Shown: positions 49,837 to 60,408 of the stretch, piece by piece
Layout of the letters: each line of letters begins with the position of its first letter
Numbering within the stretch: position 1 is the stretch's first letter
Source: a virus
DNA: 64,000 bases
Virus record (IMG/VR): IMGVR_UViG_3300024346_000047
Coordinates: 4,405-68,404 of that record
Direction: 5' to 3' (one strand)
Translations under genes and position numbers: made by a program
Notes under the pieces: model-generated
The model's database searches: none
Seen by the model: the letters and a program-made list of their open reading frames with translations, nothing else
Told to the model about the DNA's origin: nothing

Positions 49837-52588
49837 CTACCCCCTATTAATTACCTTATCATCGCACATTTCAACGCTAAATTCACATTGAAACACTCTA
49901 CCAAGGTTAGTTAGTCTAGAATCACCGTTAGGATTAAACTCTTTCAGCTCTCTACTAAGTTTAGGAATTTTTAATAATCCTAAGTGTGTGAAGTGATATG
50001 TTTTTACAGTATGCATCATGATTCTAATTCTTCAATTTCAGCCTTTAATCTTTTAAGCCGTTCAAGTTTTAATTTCTTTTTCTCTTCAACAACTAACGGG
50101 TTAATTAAACCCCAGATCTTTGTTACTTCTTCTTCGTTGTTAAACGTTAAGTACTTACCAAGTAAATCACCAATATTATCAACTTTTAAGCTCCATTTTT
50201 CATTAGCTATCCAAAGATCAAGAATATGCTTATCTATTTCCACAGTAGCTCTAAACTCATCAGCCTTAATAAATTTAAAGTCCCCTTCTAGTAGTTTTCC
50301 TTTAAAGTACTCTGCTACTTCTTTTATTTTTTTTTCCATATTATAAGTGTGTGATTATCTGTGTTTTAAACATTTAGTAACTCCAGAAGAGTTGAAGTAA
50401 ATTTCTTCAGCTTTATGTATATCCTCTCTAAAACTATCCCTCCCTGGTCTAGTTTTAAAATCCCATACGTTAATATCTAAATATCTTTTATTTTCAGCAG
50501 CAGGAAGCAAATCCCTCCTTGTTAAGTGTATTATTTTCTTCATGGCTTATTGGTTTTAAAAGGCTGAGGAATATCAGGAATCCTAGTCCATTCAGCGTAG
50601 TTTCTATTAGCTATTTCCCATATAGTACCGTCATTACATAAAGCGGTAGTTATGTATTCACATTGTGTTGTTAACGATTCATCTACCCTTATGGTGGATA
50701 TCTGTATTACTTGTCTTATGTTTTCCATATTCTAAATGTGTTATGGTTAAGAGAATATTTTTATTATAAGAAATACAAAAAGCATAAAGTAAACACAACC
50801 ATGAAATACAGTTCTGTTAAATGCTTTAATTCTTTCTATTTGTATTTTATCTTGCAGAGTTCCGATAGCTTCTTCTTTACTTTCTAGTAAGTCTGCTGCT
50901 TTCTTACCTACATCTATAGCTTTTTGGGAAGTATCGTTTGAATCTTTAAGTAAGTCTTGTAAGTCGCTGTTAAATTCCTTTTCAGTTTTTAAATCGTGAC
51001 TTAAACCTAAGTATTTTAAATTTAAAGTTTCAAGTTTTTCTTTAAGTTGTCTTATGGTTTCTTGAGAGTTCATTAGCTTAGTGTTTTATGGTTAAATATT
51101 AATTGTTCTAATCTTTCTATGTTTAATTTAAGCTCACTAATTGTTTTAGTTTTAATGGCAAGATTACTGTTTTCAAATATTTTTCTTGCGGTAGTTTTTA
51201 TTTTTAAACTTTGTATCTCTATTAAAGATTTTGATTCCTCTGTAGTTATTATCATCTTTTGTTTTTTACCATTATTAGTATTAATATAATTTAATTGGTA
51301 TCAGAAGCAGTATCATGGTTTTAGTATAAATTCCGAAAGCTTACACATTTTGTCTTTCATCACTTTGTATTGTGTAGAGTCATCTATATATTCGCATTGA
51401 AAGCTATTAATATTAAGAACACCTTGTTCTGTAATTTCAGCACAACAACTGGAGTTATCTGTATCTATAGATATTGCATTGTTATCCCATACTCTAATTC
51501 TATAATCTTCTTTAATCATATTTTTATCTTTTAGGTAAAATTAGCAATATATAACATGATGTCCATGTAATAATTGGAATAAATGGATTCTCAAAGTACC
51601 AACCAAAAGGTATGGCTGCAAAACATATCCAAAAAAACATTTTGCAAAATATATTTATAACTGTATTCATATTACATTTCTAATAAACCGAATCCAAAAT
51701 TAACTTCAAATTTAAACCTTTCACATTTAAAAGGAATACTATTTGGAGCTTTAAATCCAAAATGTAGAGTAATAATTTCTCCGTCCATAATATAAGCATA
51801 CCCTTTACCTGAATAGTATTTTTCAGGAGTTCCACCAGGAAGGCTAAATGCTGACCCATGTAGATCAGTTATCGGGTTAATTGTAAAGTATTCAACTTGC
51901 TCTGATCTTTCTGCAAGCTGCCATTCTGTTGCTTTGTCAAGCTGTTTAATCCAGCCTTCAGTTAAACTTTTCATTCTACGTTTAGCGTCACTATAATTTT
52001 TAGAGGACACAAGCACAGGGTTAACAGAGAACACACCCTTAGAACGTATTAAAATGCCTTGTTGATACATATTATTAGTATCAGATTCTATATCAAAATA
52101 GTCTTGTGTTAAATTTTTAACTGTATTTCCTCTTAAGTAGTATTGAAATGTATTTTCCATGATTGAATTATTTAATTGTTTAATTTATTATTCTGTTTCA
52201 ATGCAAGCGAATGAAACGCTTGCTAATATTAATAGTGACACAATTACCCAAGTAGAAATCTTTATGTTAATCATTAAAGGAAGAACATGAAAGATAAATA
52301 TTAAAGTAGGTAAGAAGAGCCAAAACATTATTTTTTTCATAATTATGTAAGATTTAAAAGTTTTTCTTCATCAGTATAATAAGAGAACATTTCCATCCAA
52401 GTATCAGACACATTACTATAAATTAAAAAATTAACCTGAACCATAGCATCAGGATTAATTGAGGATATTAAATCCCCTATTTCTTTTATTTTATATTTAG
52501 CAACTGCATCTCCGTATTCAACGTCAATTGTTGTTCTTACTGATTTTTTACCACTTTCTTTTACTCTGATTTCTATTGATTTTTGCAT
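49837..52588 (-). CDS. Cluster of small hypothetical ORFs (49837, 50016, 50355, 50540, 50747, 51073, 51313, 51672, 52343)
   Basis: Tightly packed co-oriented 60-162 aa ORFs; 50747..51073 has coiled coil plus C-terminal TM. Confidence 0.55.
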
Positions 52589-52633
52589 GATTTTACACCT
52601 ATTTCTAGGATTTTATTTAGGGTTTAATAAAAA

Positions 52634-52702
52634 GCATATAACGCTACCTATATGCAAAACTCCTTTACTCTACGTTCAGCACATAGCCAAACCGTTATAT
52701 GC
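52634..52702. mobile_element. attC-like site D1
   Basis: gcatataac..ctatatgc...gcacatag-ccaaacc-gttatatgc. Confidence 0.8.
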
Positions 52703-52704
52703 AA

Positions 52705-53013
52705 TTAAAGACTCTTGTTCAACTCTAATAATTCAACACAAGTTTCTTCATAATCAGGAGAGTCAATTCCGATATAATAATTTGTTGAATTTGAAGTTAA
52801 AATATACTCATCAGTCCAACTCATAAGTTCTTTTAAATCTTGTTTCATCAATTCTTTATTTCTACTCGCTTGGCTAATCCATCCAATTAATTCATTAATA
52901 AAAGATTCTCTGTGAATTATTGAAAATTCGTGTAATTCTTCATCTCTTATCTTATCATTAAGTTTAGTGCCATTAATCCTATCTTCTGTCAATATAAATT
53001 TCTGCTTTTCCAT
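52705..53013 (-). CDS. Cassette-borne hypothetical protein
   Basis: 102 aa between two related attC-like sites. Confidence 0.7.
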   Translation of the reverse strand: MEKQKFILTEDRINGTKLNDKIRDEELHEFSIIHRESFINELIGWISQASRNKELMKQDLKELMSWTDEYILTSNSTNYYIGIDSPDYEETCVELLELNKSL

Positions 53014-53043
53014 TTTAATTTATTTTTAATCTATTAATAAAAA

Positions 53044-53108
53044 GCATATAACACTAGCTATATGCCATACTCGTTCCTCGTTCAGCACATAGCCAAACCG
53101 TTAGTAAA
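53044..53108. mobile_element. attC-like site D2
   Basis: gcatataac..gctatatgc...gcacatagc-caaacc-gttag; shares 19-bp and 25-bp blocks with D1. Confidence 0.8.
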
Positions 53109-53247
53109 TATATTCCCATTCACCAATATTATAAGCTTCATTTATAATATATTCGTCACTTATATTATTATGTGGATCTACACCTCTATCTCTTAGAGAT
53201 TTAATCATTTTTTCAAAAGTTGTAATATTTCCTAAATATTTTATCAT
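53101..53247 (-). CDS. 48-aa hypothetical protein (not in ORF track)
   Basis: MIKYLGNITTF...EYIY; preceded by 28-bp leader, stop inside TAAC box. Confidence 0.6.
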   Translation of the reverse strand: MIKYLGNITTFEKMIKSLRDRGVDPHNNISDEYIINEAYNIGEWEYIY

Positions 53248-53275
53248 AATTTTACACCTATTTCTAGGATTTTAT

Positions 53276-53596
53276 TTAGTGTTTAATTGTTATTAAATTT
53301 CCGTTCCATTCTTTATCGTTTAGATACCAAACTCCTTTCCGTTGGGATATTTGTACACCATTAAGTCCGTTTAATCTTTCTTTTGTAGTGTTACTTTTCC
53401 ATCCAGCGTTGGTAATCTTTAAAACTTTCTTACGTTTGGTTTTATGTATTTCTGCAATTTTGTTGTCGTGTAAGTAAAGCTCTGCCTATACTGGTAATCC
53501 TTTTTCAGTACCTAGTATTTTTACTTTCATGTTGCTTTTATTAAAAGGTGTTAAACTTTCAAAAGCTTTGATTTATTCTTCTGTAATTTTTCTCAT
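53276..53596 (-). pseudogene. Pseudogene of a common phage early protein, two in-frame stops
   Basis: MRKITEE*IKAF...LPV*AELYLHDNKIA...NAGWKSNTTKERLNG...WYLN; TAA at 53573-75, TAG at 53486-88. Confidence 0.75.
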
Positions 53597-53622
53597 GATT
53601 GATTGTTTTAAAGGTTTTACAT

Positions 53623-56600
53623 TTAGATTAAAGAAGTTTTATTAAACCTCTGCATTGTATCTTTTATAAAGCTTTTAGGTGCTCTTTGCCAATTAGTAAT
53701 AGCGTTACCATCTATCAATTGTCGTTGATAGAAGTGGTGACATTTAGACATTTTAAACTGAACAGTTTTATACTTATTGTACTTACACTGTATTGTGATT
53801 ATATTTCCCATAGTTGCACATTTAGATTAATTCATAACTAACATAAGTATCAGTTATAGTTTCGTAAAGATTATTATAAGTGTATTCTTCATTTTCTAAT
53901 ATAAAGTCTAACACAGATCCAAAGTTATGTTCTAAGTGTGATTCTGACTTTATGTTATTCATCCACGTTTCAGCGTTATTTGAATGAGACGATATAAAAC
54001 CATCACGAGATGAATACGTTTCTTTTATATGTTTTTCAAAGGCTGACCAGTTACTTTTAATGTAGTCTATTACCTTGTTGTATTCGTGTTGTGTTATTTC
54101 ATACTCACAATTGATACTATCATTTGTAAAGTTGTAATATTTAGGACTAACTAGTTTTTGAAATTTAACTTTAACATCAAAGCCTATTTCTTCTAGTATT
54201 TCTTCTATTCCTGAGCAACATTCCTGAGACATACCGTTATGATAGTCATCATAATGCCATGTAAAGTCATCATAGTTGTAGTCAGTGTCATTTTCCTCAT
54301 TGTATGAGTCTATTTCGTATTCCTCACTGTGTGATTCAAATATTGTGTTGTAAAATCCAGGAAATAGGGGTAGGTAAGATTCGATTGATTTTTTCATTTT
54401 ATTAGATTTTAGTATTAATTACTGCACATTTAGATTAATTCTCCTTCACTAGTAAACTCATAGTCATTACACTCTATAGCTTCTTCTATAGCTTCTCTAG
54501 AAGTATAGTACTCGTGTACTTGTTCTAAGGAACGGTGTATCTTGTTACATATATTCTCGTAGTGTTCTCTTATTTCTTCTAAGATATCTTCTAAGATGTC
54601 ACCTATTCTAGAATAGGTTTTACCGTACCAATCATTAGTCATTTCGGCATCTAGGTTATCTGAATAGCTTTTTGAGTGGTAGTAGTGTCCCTGATGAGTA
54701 AAGCTGCCGTATATATTTATGTGACCGTTTTTAATTAGCTTAATAACTCTATACCAGTCTTTTTGATATTCTTTATTATTGTAGCCAGGAGTTATAAAGT
54801 GTAGTATATCTTTGTTTGGAGATCCTTCGAACATAGCACCATCGCCCTGTGACCAAAATCCTGAGAAGTATATTTTATTAATATCAAATCCCGTTTCATC
54901 TTCCATATACATTTCGTATACACTATCCCACCATTCGTAATCGGTGTATGTATGTCGGTTTTTTTCTATTACTTTTTCTTGTACTTCTTCACTAAGTTCC
55001 TCGAACTTGTAAACTTTTGTTTCTATTGTTCTCATTTTATTAAATTTTAGTATTAATTACTTAATGTGATAGGTTTCGTTATAATCTTTATACTTTTCAT
55101 CTCTTAAGTACTGGTTAATTGCTTTCTTAATTTTAGAGATGTTTTTACCGTAAAAACTAGGATTAGCATAAGCTGAAGCTAGGTATTCATTTTTATTTAA
55201 ATTTATACCAAAACCTTTATACGTTTGATATTCTACTTTCATAATATTAGGGTTTTATATTATATTTCCGTCTTCGTCTATTTTATTTCCATCATAATCT
55301 CTTACACCGTTTCTAAAATCATTAAATTCGTTGATTAATTGAATTGGTGTCTTGTTATCGTTAAGAGATTCATTGCGATAATTTGACCAATTTGCAAGTG
55401 ATCGTATAAATTCTATTCCTTCAAGATTTTTTTTGTATTGACTAACTTTTTTCATAATCTTACACCTATTTCTAGGATTTTATTTAGGGTTGCACATTTA
55501 GTATTAGGCTCTCATTACCATATTAAGAGGTATGTCATAACCATTAGGGTCAATAATAGGTTCAGATTCCTTGTATCCTTCTTCATCAGGCTCTGAGTCT
55601 TCATCTATTATGTATTCTATTTCTAGCCAATCACTTATTCTAGGGTTATCACTTCCCCATGCGTCTCTTACTCTTGCTGAGTCTCCGCAATCACTTAGTT
55701 CTATTTCGTAACCTCCTGTATTTGAAATAGTATATCCGCCATGAACCTTAAAACTTTTGTGTTTTTCGTATTCATTAATAGCAAGTTCTAAACATTCATT
55801 AAAGTTTTCTACATTTTCTTGAAACTTTTTTATTTTTAAGTCTTTGCTATTTGTTAGGTCGAATATGTATTGATTCCAGTCACCAGTTATTTCAAGTTCA
55901 TCAAACATAGTTTCTGCATGGTTTCTGTCTTCCCATACGTCAAACCATATTTTTAGATTGTTTTCTGTCTCTATTTGTACGCTTGAAACTATTCCAGCGG
56001 TTTCTAATTCTATTTTAATTACTTTCATAATTTTACACCTATTTCTAGGATTTTATTTAGGGTTTGCAGTTTTAAACTAATTCTATTTTAGGGGTAATTG
56101 TGTAGTCTGTAACCCCCCATCTTACTTCACATGAAACGTTGTATCCTCTTTTTTCTATTGCAGATACTATTTCATTTTTATAATTCCATACATCTTGATT
56201 CCAATTAGGATCAGAACAAGTTGACATTTTAGTGCTGCCATTTTTATCTGCGTACTTACATTCATTATTAATAACATCTGTTAATCTTTCTTTTAATTCT
56301 TTCATAATTTTACACCTATTTCTAGGATTTTATTTAGTGTTGAAATTCTCCTATATAAAAATTACCGTTTTCAAAACTAGGCTCGTATTCTTTGTGGTCT
56401 GCTAACATATCATCAGTTTCAAAAAAGTCAGAAGAGCAAGCTAGTTTTAAGTCATGACATACGCATATAATTGGATACTCATCACCTGCAATTGGATGTT
56501 CAACAAAAGATATGTTTTGCCCCTTAGAGTTTACAAAACTTTCATATTCACTTGGGTTGTGATTCATTAATTTATTATAATTTAGCATTTTTTTACACCT

Positions 56601-58197
56601 ATTTCTAGGATTTTATTTAGGGTTGCACATTTAGATTAATTCACTTACACATATTCTCCTAGTAGAGGTATGAAATGAGTTGTCGTCTTCTAGGTATTGA
56701 TTAAGGAACACATCTTTACTATCAGGAGACATTTCATTAAATAAATCTCTCACTTGTTGACGTTGCCCGTTTATAAGGGATTCAACAATATATTCAAAGT
56801 ATTGAGATGGGTATTCCCATCCGTACTCTCTTGCCAAGTCTTCTGCGTGTTTAGTCTTCATTTCGTTCGTTTTTAGCGTGGTTTGTAATATTAGTAAGGT
56901 TAGCTTCTAAAATCTCAATAGCTTCGTTGTACTTCGCTTTAAATACACTCATAGCGTGATCTTTTATTACTTCTTTGTTTATGTTTGGCTCATTACAGTG
57001 TATCTCTAATAATAGTTGTTCAAAGGTGTAATTTTCCATCAGGTTTCGAGACTTCTCATAACCGCTTTTTAAATCTATATTATTCCAGTCCATTTTAATT
57101 GGGGGTTTAGATCGTGCGACATTGCACATTTAGTATTAGTATAATTTTTAAAGTTCGTAAACAGTTTCCCATGAATGTCTATTCAATCGTCCTGCGTATT
57201 CAATTAATATTCCTCCTCCGTTACAATCTAGTGTTTTCCATAGTTTAAACCTTTCGGAGTCATGGTCGTACTTTTCGATTAGCATATCACCTGAATGACA
57301 TTGTTCTATGTATTCCATTCCGTCTTCGTCTGCGTCAATTACATCATTGATATTAGCATCGAAATACTTTTGTAATTCTTCTTGAGTAAATTCCATTTTA
57401 ATTGGGGTTTTAGTTTGTGCAACATTGCACATTTATGAATAATAAACTTTTATTATTTTTTGAATAAGACTGTTTGCTTGATTCATAACCGCAGTAGTTT
57501 CTTCACCTGCTAGATATAGTTCTTTAGTTTTTTCAAACTCTCCTTCTAAACACATAGGCTTATAGTCGGGGTCTTGTGTGTTTTTTATTATCTTAAGGGA
57601 GCACCCTAGGTTTAAAGCTGTGTTGCAATTGTCCTCAATAAGGATTCGCATTATTTGCTCACCTTTGTCTCTAAGTATTTCGGTGTATTCATCAGATTTT
57701 AAATATTCTTTTCTAGCTTTTTCTATTTTTGCTATTTCAATATCAAAATCTGACTTGCTTAATTTTTGTAATTCTTCAAAAGTTTTCATAATACTGGGGG
57801 TTTTAGGTGTGCAACATTGCACATTTAGAATAATTCACATGTCATTAATAACACAAAGGACACTGCAAGAGTGTAAAGAGTTACTGCAATACATTTGTCT
57901 ATTATTTTTTCTGTTTTTTCTAAATTCATTTTAATGGGGGTTTTAGTAGTTTTTATTAATCCACTGAATAATAGCTTTTTTATTTTCACTGTCGAATTGA
58001 TGCCATAATCTTAAAAATGCCATCGTACCATCCTCTAATTTTACCGCTAATTGGTGAAATTTTTCAGCTAAATGGTCTGGGTAACTTGTTGATATTAAAC
58101 ACTCAGGAGCGTATATGTCCCGTTCTGAATTATCAATGCAAAATAATTTTAATTTGTAATTTGATGCGTAAAGCATGAATTTTTCTACTTGTTCCAT
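53623..58197 (-). CDS. Array of small, mostly acidic early proteins (53623, 53822, 54430, 55057, 55255, 55504, 56072, 56334, 56631, 56851, 57148, 57433, 57943)
   Basis: Co-oriented ORFs each preceded by repeat motifs; likely true starts 57093, 57396 and 57789 for three ORFs extended through the repeat. Confidence 0.65.
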
Positions 58198-58238
58198 TTT
58201 AACGGGGGTTTAGTTTGTGCAACGTTGCACATTTAGTA

Positions 58239-58304
58239 TAGAACCATTAAAGGATTTGCACCTTTATACACTATGTGAGAATAGAGCAGTAACTATACAT
58301 GGCT
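58239..58304 (-). ncRNA. Degenerate tRNA-like element
   Basis: Acceptor-like stem AGCCAT/ATGGTT and T-arm TAAAGG-TGCAAAT-CCTTTA. Confidence 0.45.
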
Positions 58305-58600
58305 TTTTAATTTAACACAGTGGCACATTTAGTATAATGCCACCGTATCAAATAACATTATTAATAAGCTATAATAAGAAACAAGAAACACGCAAAAAAA
58401 TTGGTTATTAATTACGGTTCAAATTTCCTTTCTACTTATTAATTAAGTCTCAAACATTTCACTTTTTTTGTTGGTCGCTCTTGTATTGAATTTACTAACC
58501 TTGTCAAGATACATTACTGCATAGGGTGTTTAATTCAAAACTTAAGCGCAAAAAATTGCACACGTTTAAATTTTTGTCAGGATGTCAAATAACTAAAAAA

Positions 58601-58653
58601 TAGAACGGGCTAAAGGATTCGAACCTTTAAAACTTTGCGACCGTGCGCCCGTT
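58601..58653 (-). ncRNA. Mini tRNA-like element (acceptor stem plus T-arm only)
   Basis: AACGGGC...TAAAGG-TTCGAAT-CCTTTA-GCCCGTT; no anticodon arm. Confidence 0.55.
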
Positions 58654-58663
58654 AAAAATAAAA

Positions 58664-59146
58664 TTATAATGTGAAGTCTTCGAATATGTCTTTAACGTTA
58701 TAACCCGTTAATAAGTCTTTAATTTCGTTAAAAAAACGACCTTTAGCCTTATTCAAATCTTGTTTACTGCCTTGCTTATAATTGTACGCTTTTACCGTTC
58801 CCTTTTCTTCTGTAGTAAGTATAATTTTGCGCGAATTGTTCCATGTCAAAATAATTTCCAAAGGTTTACTTATTTGAATAGGGTTAAAAGGTCGTAGTCC
58901 ATCACTTTTACGCTTTTTTTCTCTTTCTACGAGAGCGTAAGTACCGTTAACAATAGCTAACAAAGACTGTTTTTGGTTAAATTTATTTGTTGTTTTAAAG
59001 TCCCAAATTTTAAGGTCAATTTTTTGGTCGCTTGTTAATTTGTCGGTCGAAAGTTCTTTTTTAGTTGTTACAACTTTTTGACTTTGTCTGATTACGACAC
59101 GTAAAGAGTTTTCTTTTTTCGGGGTTACTGCTTTAATAGTTTTCAT
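58664..59146 (-). CDS. Basic hypothetical protein, first gene of the leftward arm
   Basis: 160 aa, Lys-rich. Confidence 0.6.
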   Translation of the reverse strand: MKTIKAVTPKKENSLRVVIRQSQKVVTTKKELSTDKLTSDQKIDLKIWDFKTTNKFNQKQSLLAIVNGTYALVEREKKRKSDGLRPFNPIQISKPLEIILTWNNSRKIILTTEEKGTVKAYNYKQGSKQDLNKAKGRFFNEIKDLLTGYNVKDIFEDFTL

Positions 59147-60154
59147 AATAATTAAATTTATGGCTTAAGCCTTATTTTTGGACAATATTGTCCTATAGAT
59201 GCCGTGTGGCATATTACTAATAAAGAACGTCTGAATGCTAAGTTAAGATAAAACAAACGTATATACAAAATAAAAAGTAAAATAAAACGAAAATAAATTA
59301 TAAGTAACTGATAATGAGACAAATAAATTTTATTAAAAATACTACTAATTTAAAAAATTAGGTAAAAATATTAATTACTGCACATTTAGAAAGGATAAAA
59401 GAAAGTTTAACAACTAAAGAAAGGACAAAGGAAAGGATATATAAAAAATGATCCTTTTAATATGTACACCGTTAAAACATCATAAACGGGGTAAGGGAAA
59501 AATACAGACCACCGCACAATTAGAAAAGTAAAACAATAAGAACAAACAATATAAAGGAAAGAACAAAGGATAAAGCAAAGGGATGGACTAAAAATATATA
59601 AGGGGTTAAGGTTATACAATAAAGATACCAGCACGCAACAAATAAAAAACAAGCCTTTAACCTTTAAATTCCCTACGTTATGAACGGCGCTTGTTCGTTC
59701 GCTATCATTAGAAACAGAACGCTTAAAAACTTAATTATCAAGTAGTTAGCACTAAAAACAAACATAAAAAAAATAGTTAGGCAGGTACTAAGCAAGCGAG
59801 AGAACGACCCCACCCCCCTAAAGTTTTTGGACTTCCCAGATCAACATTACCCCGCCTAAAAATCCTAATAACCCCACTCAAACCCCCACACAGACTACCT
59901 CTAGAAATAATTTTAAAAAATTTTTTAAAAATTTCAAAACCTAAAACATATAACTCCAACTTTTAAAAACCCCAAAACCTCTGTCCTTCAATACTTTAGA
60001 CTATTACACAACTCGATATGTAAAAAAACCAATCCCTATATATAGGAAGTATAAAATTAAGAAAGTTTTAAAAAAGGAAGTTCCCATCAGGATATTTTTT
60101 AATAAAAAGATTAGGAATTATAAGAAATAAAGAATTACATTTGCACAGCTAGGT

Positions 60155-60403
60155 GTGCATATAGTAAGAATCTGCGATAAGGGAGACGACAATATGATAG
60201 AAAAAGACATAATAAAGGTGTTAAGTAAAGTTAGGAAGGAGAAGAAGATTACTTTTATAGAAGCTTCTGAATCTTTGGGATTACATAGAAATAGTTTAAG
60301 TAGGTTAGAATCAGGAAAGGTTAATAATGTTCGGTATGAGTTTATCGAGAGGTATGCTGAATTACTGGGATATGATTTAATATTGATACACAGGTTAAAA
60401 TAA
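60155..60403 (+). CDS. XRE-family HTH transcriptional regulator
   Basis: LSKVRKEKKIT..EASESLGLHRNSLSRLESG; TACATTTG promoter motif at 60136; start may be MIEKD. Confidence 0.85.
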   Translation: MHIVRICDKGDDNMIEKDIIKVLSKVRKEKKITFIEASESLGLHRNSLSRLESGKVNNVRYEFIERYAELLGYDLILIHRLK

Positions 60404-60408
60404 ATGTT

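Larger units (their letters stand above)
52593..56620 (-). repeat. Six identical 28-bp leader repeats (minus strand CTAAATAAAATCCTAGAAATAGGTGTAA) just upstream of start codons
   Basis: Copies at 52593, 53252, 55460, 56033, 56310 and 56593. Confidence 0.95.
53814..59389. promoter_or_regulatory. Dispersed (T)TGCACATTTA(G) box, about 10 copies, four as near-palindromes TGTGCAACRTTGCACA
   Basis: Copies near 53814, 54423, 55490, 56623, 57122, 57425, 57817, 58225, 58322 and 59379. Confidence 0.75.

Noticed and set aside
36738-53108. attC-like hairpins as ordinary rho-independent terminators or IS ends
   Set aside because: They lack U-tails, share TAAC/GTTA ends and show cross-site complementarity; no transposase or target duplications seen
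53276-53596. Stop-codon reassignment (code 15 or 4) as in some crAss-like phages
   Set aside because: The gene has both TAA and TAG interruptions; long genes are intact in code 11 and several end in TAG
56851-57822. Shared N-termini MCNVA.../MQCCTP... as a protein family or signal peptide
   Set aside because: They come from translating through the TGTGCAA repeat; downstream ATGs at 57093, 57396 and 57789 are more plausible starts
35012-57934. Plus-strand ORFs within the minus-strand arm (e.g. 37218..37442, 45348..45650, 49984..50346, 57578..57934)
   Set aside because: Antisense shadows of better minus-strand ORFs or of repeat sites
52593-58236. CRISPR array formed by the 28-bp and TTGCACA repeats
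   Set aside because: Spacing is irregular (about 250-2200 bp), the intervening DNA is protein coding, and no cas genes are present
58601-58653. Functional tRNA gene
   Set aside because: Too short, with no anticodon arm; kept only as a tRNA-like element
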